From assembly GCA_024704765.1 (NCBI GenBank), contig JAKMXF010000222.1, forward strand, positions 806,001 through 870,000: a stretch of 64,000 nt of DNA, written 5' to 3'. The notes below the pieces were generated by a model that was not told the DNA's origin, did no database searches, and worked only from the letters and a program-made list of their open reading frames with translations. Positions within the stretch are counted from its first letter, which is position 1, and each line of letters starts with the position of its first letter. The stretch comes from Oopsacas minuta. Taxonomy: Eukaryota; Animalia; Porifera. Of this stretch, positions 53,931 through 64,000 are shown in pieces. A program made the translations under genes and the position numbers.

Positions 53931-54000
53931 CAAATATCGAGATTGACATCATACACAGTGAGATATTCAATAATTATTAAAGCGCATCGCTGGTTAGGAC

Positions 54001-57000
54001 CAGGCACGTAGCTACGGGGGGGCAAGGGGGGCGGTCGCCCCCCCAAAAGTTTTTCTCGCCCCCCCAGATAAATTTGGAAGTTTTGTTTTTATATACAATG
54101 TAGTTAGCTTATTAGTAATATTGCTCTATTAGCAACCAGCTTTCGGGTCCCAAACGGGATTATAATGTTAATTTCGTTGCCCTATTAGCAACCAAATCTC
54201 TGCAAAATCCGAGTTGCTAATAAGCGAACTCCACTGTAATTAATAGCCTATGTACTTCAACTGCATCGTCAAAACTATGAAATTAATAACTCGCGTTGCG
54301 ATAATGGTTTTAATACTAGACAGGAAGTAACGCTCATTGATAGTAAACTTGTTCTATTTTGACAGGCACTGAATTTCTACTATAATTTTAATTGAATTAC
54401 CACGACCGCTAGTAATTGTTGTCAGAAGTTAGACTGTCCATTGAAGTAATTGAAGCATTGGTGATGCTCTTAGGGTTTCAGTTTTCAAAGCTTGTTTTGA
54501 AATTTACACATGAGTGAAGCCAATTTCAGATATTCTCTATAAGTTATAAAGTCATTCTATATCATCAAATCTTTCACATTTTCTGTTCTTCAATCAGTTC
54601 AGTGACTCGTATCTCAAACAATTCTAGATGACTAAAAGACTACAACAAAGCAAAGTTCAGGCATATTTTAAAAGAAATCGAATAGAAATCGAAGATCATG
54701 TCGTCTCTTCAAATTATGAGGAGGTAGAGCCTGTTGTTACGAGTCTTCAAGTTTCGACCCCTTTAACTTCCGATTCTTGTACAACTATTTCAACTCCAAG
54801 TTTAAACACGACTCATATACAATCACCAATTGTGACTGTAAATGATTTGTCCAAAAATGGTGAGAAACCGAGGCAGCCTTCTATTATCTTCCCAAAAAAT
54901 GAGGCCGGTAGACATTTTAGTACTCATTGGCATGCCCAATTCTCCTGGATAGAGTATAACAAAAAAACTCGATGCTATATTTTGCCAACCGTGTCGGCTT
55001 TTTGGAGGATCAACAGCTGAAGCAACTTTTTCAACAAAAGGACTTTGTGACTGGAGGAAACTTGGCGACAAGTGCAGGAAGCACGATAGTTCTGTGTGTC
55101 ATATGGCAGCTGTTGAAACACAGAAAGTCTGGGCAATTCATCAAATAATAGGGACGGTAGATAAGCAACTGGATCCAAATTTTCGAAATGAGAAATTCAT
55201 AGATGACAATCGGAAACATTTAATGACTGTTCTTGACATTATTACTTTTTGTGCCAAACAAGATATTCCTCTTCGAGGAGATGATGAATCAGATCAGTCG
55301 CTTAATAAAGGGAACTTTCTTGAAATATTAGAACTTTTAGGAAAATATGATAGCAATGTGACCAAGAGGATAGAAAGTCTTCCAGGAAATGCAAAAATGC
55401 TAAGTCCAGATATTCAAAATGATTTGCTTACATCACTCGCTTCAGTGCTTCTAGACTATGTTAAAAGTGAAGTAGAAATCGCGTCTTGTTATGCTATTCT
55501 AGCTGACGAAGTAAAAGATGCATCTAAGAAGGAGTTGTTAGGTGCTTCTTTGCGATATATCCATAAAGGTAATGTCCGAGAAAGAGCCATTGGCTTTATT
55601 GAATTGAAGGACATGGATGCGGGCACCATCTCTGAAAAACTGATAGAGCTACTTAAGCCTTTTGAGCTCGATCCTCTGAAATGTGTAGGGCAGGGTTACG
55701 ACCGGGCTAGTGTTATGTCAGGAATACACGGTGGTGTCCAAGCCCGCATGAAAGGAGCAGGTTATCGCAATACCACATATGTTCATTGTGCTTCACATAG
55801 GCTTAACTTAGTATTAGCTGCAACTGCTGAACGACATCCTCTGATGAAATCTTTCTTTGATATATTGGATTTGACATATTCGTTCATGTATGGAACAAAG
55901 CGACATGCAGTTTTCATAGACGTCCAGGATGAGCGCTATCCCAACGTCCAAGCTCTTGAACTTGCACGTTCATGTAGTACTCGTTGGTCTTCCCGTTCTT
56001 TGGAGGTGGAAAGGTTTCTGCGTCGGTTTGATTGCATACTTGATACATTAAGCATATTTGGAAATGATAATGATGCAGACACAAGTTTAGCAGCTAAATC
56101 TTTACTAGGTAGTCTACAAACAAAGAAATTTATGACCATCTTAGTTTACTTTGGTAGGCTGTATGATTACTCTGATTTTTGCACTAAAGCTTTTCAGAAG
56201 TCGACAGCAACTGTTTCTTCTTGTTTGATATTACTTGCCGATCTGAGGGAAAGGTTGGTCAATTTCGATTTTGACAAGGTTGTCGAATATGCCAAAGATT
56301 TGTCTGGTAAATATGAAATCGAAAATTTTGATGTAAGAGACACAATCAGGCAACGGCGTCTTCCAGAAAGGTTTAGAGAAGGATATCTAAATAGCTCTGT
56401 TGGACACACAAACGCATCCAACTTTGAAGAGCTTGAAATATTGTTACGCCAAAATGTCCGCGAGATCTTAGCAGAATTGGATGCCCGTTTTGGTACAGAT
56501 CAATCAGGCATCATGAAGGCTGCTGATTGCTGCTTACCAAGGTCTCAAAACTTTCTTAACAAACAGGAATTGAATACACTATCTGAACTGTATGCAATAG
56601 ATATCAAAGATTGTGAAATAGAAGTTTTCCGTTCGTTTATTGCTCGGAAAGATGAATCTCAGCTAAATACTTTGATCGATGTACTGGATGTGATTGACAA
56701 AGATATTTTCCCTGATGTTTTCAACTTATACCAAATTCTTGTGACTATCCCTCAGACGTCTTGCAAGGTTGAGAGAATGTTCTCATCTGTTAAGAGAATA
56801 AAAACACGTTTGCGCTCACAAATGACCACTGAGCGTCTCAACCATCTTGCCCTGTTATCTATTGAAAAAGATATTGCAGAAACACTTTGTTATAATGATG
56901 TGATCGAACATTTTAAGCAGATGAAGCACCGCCGCTTTCTTTTGTAATGTCAAATAGTATCCCTGAATTGAGTTTAGTATCTTAATAAATGCTCTTACTA

Positions 57001-57197
57001 TAATGTAGACTAATCTAATGCTCCCTAGCCTAGTAATCTGGTACTTTATGAATTAAAAAGGTTATACATGTAAGAAAAGGAGACTGGGTCGTACTTGTTA
57101 TACACAAGTAATTAACTTTTCAAAAATATTTATCCCTGCAATTGACCTCCCGAAATACTTCTTGCCCCCTGAATGTCTTGCTCTAGCTACGTGCCTG
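54001..57197 (+). mobile_element. Young, full-length hAT transposon (3197 bp)
   Basis: Perfect 14-bp TIRs CAGGCACGTAGCTA; perfect 8-bp TSD GTTAGGAC (53993-54000 and 57198-57205). GC-rich subterminal palindrome. Confidence 0.97.
54628..56947 (+). CDS. hAT transposase (ZMYM1/TTF-zinc-finger type), ~772 aa if one A is removed from the run at 54961-54967
   Basis: ORF1 (FPKNEAGRHFSTHW..FSWIEYNKK) joins the next frame (LDAIFCQPCRLF..DWRKL..HDSSVCH) and the 617-aa ORF, which has YAILADEVKD, GQGYDRAS, YVHCASHRLNL, TRWSSR and VERMFS. Confidence 0.9.
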
Positions 57198-57430
57198 GTT
57201 AGGACGCAGGGCGCTAGCTCGGTGCGTCAGATTTAGCTTAAGTAATAAATAGCTATATTTCTTAGTGTTTATTGTCGCTCCGAGACGGAATATACTCGAC
57301 ACCACGTGCCTCGGGCATAAAACATAGGGGATTTAAATTTTTATTATGCATTGTCAGTTCAAATTACGTTTAAAGGTAAGAAATTCTCGAAATTTGGAAA
57401 ATATTCAATTTTCAAAGGACATGATAGATA

Positions 57431-57909
57431 CAGTGGAACCTCGAAATTACTATCACCCTGGGACAGAGGAACTTCCCGGAATTTCGGGGTTGCAGTAATT
57501 GTGAAACCATTCAAAAGTGTTTCAGAAATCAATTATAATTTATCATAATAATATCAGTGAGAGTAAAATTATTGTTTCTCGTTGCATTAATTATTATCAT
57601 ATCTGATATATTGACAGTATTTTGTCATATTATAGTACGTAGGTTACACCTCATTGTTCTATATTGCTAAGATTTTATTCAAATCAACAATATGAATCAT
57701 GATATACCATTGTTATAAAAAATTGACCGGAATTCCAGAGTATAGAATAGAGTTTCATACTAAACAATGGCCGGAATTCGGAATTGAGGGGTGGCCGTAA
57801 TTCTGAAATAAATAAATGTTAATGCCTACAGGGATTCAAATGTGACTTGAAGTGTCCGGAATATTGAGCTGGCCGGTATTCCGTGGTGCCGTTAACCGGG
57901 GTTCCACTG
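57431..57909. mobile_element. 479-bp pogo/Tigger-like MITE
   Basis: TA|CAGTGGAACCTCG ... CGGGGTTCCACTG|TA (12/13). Repeated internal CCGGAATT motifs. Confidence 0.8.
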
Positions 57910-57924
57910 TAGTTTAATCGCGTT

Positions 57925-58650
57925 GTATTTATATAGATTAACCGTCAGAGTTAGGTACTTATTAAACAATATTATTCATCAATAGGAAGTCGCCTATTGC
58001 GGATCCATTAGTCGCAAATATTGATTCATACAATCAATATTTAATATATATGACCAGATAGGCTATATTCTGTCCAAATATGATTGCAAAGCACGGAGTA
58101 ATCTGTCAAAATTCCATTAACATTTCAATTTTTGATGGCAGTTATATCTCATTATATTTCCTTACACTAATAAAAGATGAATCCTTTGTAAAACATGAAA
58201 TAAGAAAATGCTGGAAATTAATACAAAATCTTCAAATGGCTATTACTTAATCAAAAGTTGACATCAAAATTTTACAAGCCATACGTATGCTTGGATAGCA
58301 TGTTCACATGTGTTGACAACACATTTATCGCCCATAACTTACAGTTACCGTGCTAGCCACTGCAACAATATTTTCAGTCACCTCCACGAAATATATACCA
58401 TCTATCTTTAAAAGGATATTGAGCAGTCAGATTTGATGAAATTACCCATTTAAAAATATTTAGCAAAAATATTTCTTTGGATACAGACTCAAAAGAATGG
58501 AACATCCATACTACGAATGAAGTTATAAGAGATCAATGTTCAGCCTAGGTGTTTCTCACTGTGGTTGGTCTATGCCACTTCGAGTAGATTTACCGTTAGA
58601 GTAAGTTAAAAATAGTGTGATATAAATGTGGCTAGTAATTCCACAACAAC
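57925..58650 (-). repeat. Right arm of the ~730-bp inverted repeat
   Basis: Reverse complement is collinear with 53195-53930 (same anchors as the left arm). Confidence 0.85.
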
Positions 58651-59069
58651 TTATGAATGTGGTATAAACAGGTAGTGTTCAGGGATTTTAAATTAAAACA
58701 CATGCACAATTGACACCCCTCCATCCGCATGCTGGGTATAAAGTGATTGTAAACTCAATTTATACAAAAAGATTTAGGTATAAAACATGATCAGTATTCT
58801 AAATGTTTAAATGTTAACAAAATAACACAAATTCATAGTATCTAAACGCAATTAATCTATATATTTACTTGGGTCATTTCATAACTACTGATCACTATAG
58901 ATATTTCACATCCATTATGAATGAAATGCACCCATTTATTCAAATATAGCAGTATTAGGCATTATCTCTTAGTCACCAAAAGAAAAATGATAACCAAATA
59001 TTTTTGAAGTAACAATACATATTTTCACACTTTGTTTGTTTCAGTTACGAATTACACTACGACTTCAAA

Positions 59070-59350
59070 ATCATCAAAAATTGAACAAGATCATTATTCT
59101 ACATCAAATTTCGCACCGTTCTGAAAGACTATAAGAGGAACATCCGCAATGATCTTGTGCAAGTTTGTGGAGGTCAAGCTTTTGCTTATTCCACAGTAAG
59201 AACATGTGCTCAGCAATTTAGGGATGGAGAAACAGTACAGAAGATGAGCCAAGAAATTATCGACCTAAATCAACTACATGTGATAATTCAATTGCGTTGG
59301 TGAACGAGTTTCTTCTGGAGAGACCGGTAGATGAATGTATTCGTGTTAAG
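59070..59350 (+). mobile_element. Mariner N-terminal (HTH) remnant
   Basis: YIKFRT..NDLVQVCGGQAFAYSTVRTCAQQFRDG..EDEPR..RPKS parallels the N-terminus of the 13530 transposase. Frameshifted. Confidence 0.65.
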
Positions 59351-61394
59351 GAGTTCTATTTCGAGAATCTATAACTAAATTAGACATTATCAGCCACTGT
59401 CATTATATCTTATTATGGATGTGGTGCCGGGTAATCAGTACTTTTGAAATGATCTAAGTATCTATATTATCATAACGAGAGAAATCTATCTGTATAGCAT
59501 ATGTACGCATGTTTGTTTGCATATGTTGCAGGCGAAATGCGTTCCCAGGTCAAACGCGTTTCGCCTATGATATCCTCGTTCTTACTGAAACTTTAGGAAA
59601 TAAAATTTCCTGATTGTATATTACTCATTGCTGAGTAAAATATTTATGAAATCTGTGTACTTGGGTAGAAACAATATTATCATAATCACTGGGATCAAGA
59701 GGTTTATCGCTATCATATAACATAACTCAAATATGTGTGTGAAGTAGATCGGATTTTTGGAATTCGATTGTATAAACATAGGTTTCCGGTTTGCCCAATA
59801 TGCAATATGTGACAACTAATCAAATTCTTATGAAGCTTTGCAACATTACTATGTACACTCGCGCAAATGTATCGGGATGATTGCTCGCCTTTGGATATAA
59901 TTGGAGTGAGCACGTAATCTCCTCCCAATGTTGATTACGTGTAAATGTAATGAAAAAGTCAGGCTTACCATATTCCTGACTATACTCATCAAATCCTGAT
60001 ATAGCTCGAACATTTATCGAGGGCTACCAGTATGGGAGGAAGGAGAGTCTTGAATAGGGATGGTGAATTAACCGTAAAATTTATAACCGGTTAATTTTAG
60101 CATTTGCTGGCTGTAGATACGGATATAGTCTTATACTATATTATATATTTCTATTAATTGACTAAGAACTTATTATGAAGGTAACAATCTGTCAGCGGCT
60201 AAATCAATGTAAAACATCAAGAGACCTGAAATAATACTTAAGGACCATCAAACTGTGTATGGATTTCTCACTTAATGGTGCACTCCATTTTGTGAAGAAT
60301 AGTCCTGCGGAAGAGATGACTCATTTCGCACCAAACCTGACAGGAAGAATTATCCCCAATCCTGATCAACTAGATTTAAAATTTGGACTTATTTCAATTG
60401 CTTCAATAAAGCCATTTCTGTATTTAATGAAGGAAACTCAACAGCCCGTTTGTAATGAATCACAAGTGATTTGATAATATTATTATTCTCCGGCTATGTA
60501 CGCAGTTATACACATTGAGAAATATTTGATTCAACTTCAATATTGTTACCAATTTCTTGAGCATTGGAATGATTATGTACTTCAGCTTCAGTACTATTAC
60601 TACAATCACAATGTAAATAAAGTTGTATATGAATTAGTGTCATTATCTTGTGAAATTCCTTTCAACTTATACCCAGATCTCGTATACAACTAGAATCCAA
60701 AAAGTATCTCATCAAATTAACGATATCAGTTTGATGCCTCTCATGATAATATCGATTTCAGTGTTATAAGAGTCTAGGGCAAATTCTGAATCAATTATGA
60801 TCAAACATGAATTGAAAGATTCCTTCAGCAAAAAGTAAATTAGAATCATGCTGAAATAAGGCCGATTTACACATTTCAATTGGTTTCAAACAAATTGAGA
60901 TACTTTCTAGCCCTTGCGATTCCTGTTCTTTTAAGAAAAGTTTAAAGTTAATATCTATCATAATTATCGATATATATTAACTCTAAACATGTTAGACCTT
61001 GTCACCTGCCATACTAACATTCCAATTTCAAAATTAGTTGGTACTATCTAGATTTACAATCATATATCGTTTATTACATATGTACAATAAATTAATGCTC
61101 AGAATAAGGAAGGACTCGGCTGAGTCGGCTAGAATAATCGCCCCTCAGAGAGGGTTGCTGTAGAAATAGTTAATGAAAAAGATTCTTGTCGCTCAGGTGA
61201 TAAAATGTCGAAATTTCTGCTATGAGATGGCCCTTGAGTTGTGATTCGCTAAAGTAATATAATCTGTGAAAGTTGATAATAAAACGAATAAATAGCAGAC
61301 ATTAATATCTAGAAGTACTTAGAATCCACTATGGAAGACACATATTTTCAGAAGGTGGCGACATTACAGTATATACATTTGAAGGTTTGCTTAC

Positions 61395-61492
61395 CTTGAT
61401 TTCCAAACGTGTACGATCAGGGAAGAGTTTATGTTGTATAACAGTAAAATCAGTACCATACTGACCAAGAGCCTGGAAAAATAATTTTGTAT
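61395..61492 (-). CDS. BDP1: TFIIIB B'' (BDP1) internal exon, SANT/Myb domain: xTKLFFQALGQYGTDFTVIQHKLFPDRTRLEIK
   Basis: Acceptor TTCTTCCCATAG (phase 1) and donor AAG|GTAAGC (phase 0). Matches human BDP1 ETDMFFLAISMVGTDFSMIGQLFPHRARIEIK. Confidence 0.88.
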
Positions 61493-64000
61493 CTATGGGA
61501 AGAAAGTATAATTGATAAACTCTCTAACAAAGGAATATAAGCAATGATAAAAATGTCAATAGAGAAAAATCGAGTGCAGTTCAGGCATATGGGACATATA
61601 TCTACTCAATGCAAGAATATGTACAGTGATGCAAACAGTTAAGCTGTAAAGAGGATATCAGCTCTCGGCTATTAACCATTCGCCTATTTGATGGCCGTAG
61701 GAGACAGTACGGTTGGATAGGTTACAAACTAACCAATATTTGAAATGTTGATACAAACATTTTGTCAACCACATCAATTTTTGCCACAAATATTTTTTAA
61801 GTGAACATAACTAATTGAAATCTGCTTGCATCCTTGTGTAGGGTCGTCTTGTATCAATGTAGAAATTATCGAAAGTCAGAGCTCAATTGCTAGTTAGCAG
61901 ATCAATATCCTGTTAGCACCAGAAAATTGGTGTAAATGCTCAAAAGCCTGCATGCTAGACTATAAATGTTTAGGAAATGGAGCTATAACAGCAAACAGGC
62001 ACCATAGTTCATAACAGCATTATAACCATCCATGATTATGTATATAGTAGATTTGGAAATACTAAAATTGAAATATATCTGCTCAATTGCCCTGGACATG
62101 TAGTTGAAATGATTTCAAAGCATCAAGTTGAAACAGAGGGGATGAAATAAGATTGATCTTATGATAAATCATGCTGTCATATAGATCTAAATTGCAAAAT
62201 ATACATATTGGAATCTCGATAATCGATTAACCATGTCAATAGTCATATGAAAATCTTCGAATGTATTACTTTCAGGGCTATGAAAATCTCAAAATCGGAC
62301 TCCACGCACCCAATTACAACTGATACCATGTTAAAAACGAACTACTAACATGAGTGGCCTCTTGTGGCTTAGAAATCAGGTGGTGGTACAAATTCAATCT
62401 AGTGTGCAACACGTTCTGGATGAGGGTCTATGGGAGCTGGAAACAGTCATAAATTGCAGGAGCGAAACACATCACAAGAAATAACGTTATACTGCAATTA
62501 GCACAGAAGGTTGACATTTTAGGTCCCTTGGAGTAGTGTTGTAGGAAGTCGGAGAATATTTGGGCCCCTCAGGCACATATAACACAATGCCACTGATCAG
62601 CATTCTTTTGAATTTAAGTAGAAATACGGATCTTACCTACTTTGTTACCCTGAAAAGTCCGTTCAGAGCAAGTGTTTTGCAGAAATTAGTCTCCTACATA
62701 AATTGAATTTCAGCAAATATAAATTTTGATTAAGAATCTCATAGCAAAAGGGTAATAAAAATGATATAGTATCTTTTGATACTGACCATGACTTTCTTTT
62801 CTCCCTGTGGTGTACTCGTCAATGTTCATATACATAATTATATTTACATACTTCGATCATTAATCGCCCATCACAAAATTTTTTACTCATTGAACTAATC
62901 TCTTAATAATTCCTGGCAAGTGTTTAACAAATTTTTGAAATTCGAAATCTTACAATAACGATACTAAAACACATTTTATGGACTCTAGTGAGTACGAAAC
63001 AATTAAATCAGGAGGCTACAAATATGTATTATAGCACATTAATCGCTTTATGTAATAGATTGAGACACGCTGACAATGGACATCATCATTTCGAAATCAT
63101 CTCAGGAAATTCATGACTGTTAACTCCTTTTCAAAACATCCTACTTCCTCAAACTAATGACTAAGTATAATTAGTCCATAAAGCATTATAAGATACTTAA
63201 TTAAATCAATTAGTGGAAGAGTCAAAATTGTTTTGAAAATTTTGGACAGGTCACTTTTTCTATAAATATTCGCCCACTGAATAAATCTAAATATTCCGAA
63301 TGCGAATTAATAAATGGGCTACGTAGACCATTCCTTTAAAAGAAGTCAATACATTCCATTTCTCTACCCTAATGTTTACAAAATATCAGGAAAGATGTAT
63401 TGATAGAATTCACTGGAAACGAATAAGAATAATATTCGAGGAGGCTGGTAAAAATCCTCAGTATGTCTAAGGAAGTTATAGAATTGCAATACGACAAAAT
63501 ATTAAATTAGGGTCAGACAAGAAATTCTCAGATAGTGATAGAATTGTATCTACCAATTATGAAATAAATTTTAAGCGTTCCAAATACTCCAGAGCTATTG
63601 TAAACCTTGCAGATAGAAAAAGAACTTTATTCGAATACACAATCAGTAGAAGATATTTTTGTGAAATGAAACATGTAAACTCGTGTCCACTTGATAACAT
63701 TATAAGGATATCAAGCTTCCATATGAATATTATCCTAAAAGTTTTCTACTCCTATTTCATCAGATCTACAAACAGTTGTAACGATGGTTTGAGCTCGAAA
63801 ATAAAATAAGATTTTGGTTTGCACCTAGGCTAAATATCTAGATCAGGGATTCTCAACCTGGGGTACGCCAGGTGTTTTCGAGGTTGCAGCTGAACCAACT
63901 ATAAACGTATAGAATTACCGTGAAATTCTGTCTGGTAATTACTTCTGATTCGAGACCTGTCAAAAGTAAACCGTAATTATGACAGTATTGTTTGGTTAAT

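Noticed and set aside
62760-62830. MNIDEYTTGRKRKSWSVSKDT as the upstream BDP1 exon (WS motif)
   Set aside because: No donor in the required phase, and the downstream residues do not match.
63844-64000. CAGGGATTCTCAACCTGGGG, a Buster-like terminal sequence
   Set aside because: A single end at the window edge, with no partner or ORF to confirm it.
1-64000. Fanzor/TnpB-like RuvC cargo or viral genes associated with the transposons
   Set aside because: No RuvC or zinc-ribbon motifs and no viral hallmark proteins were recognised in the ORF track or in the regions translated by eye. A profile search would be needed to exclude them fully.

Overview
AT-rich (roughly one-third GC by eye) eukaryotic, almost certainly animal, genomic DNA. 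The species cannot be identified from the sequence alone. Two host genes face each other. (1) A complete three-exon CDC73/parafibromin gene lies on + (5377-12164, 515 aa; GT-AG introns of 5188 and 52 bp). (2) Two short minus-strand exons (61395-61492 and 44274-44328, too short for the ORF track) splice across a 17,066-bp intron into the SANT/Myb domain of BDP1 (TFIIIB B''). Most recognisable sequence outside these genes is layered transposon debris: an intact DD34D mariner, a near-intact hAT with perfect TIRs and TSD but one homopolymer frameshift, decayed mariner, DD37D maT, hAT, Buster, P-element, Mutator-like, Helitron and Gypsy remnants, and several MITEs. Unexplained structure includes a pair of ~730-bp inverted arms enclosing the young hAT and several near-perfect 17-21 bp hairpins. 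No rRNA, tRNA or CRISPR array was seen. I found no solid evidence for a wholly new biological system. All family assignments rest on motif recognition by eye, not database searches.
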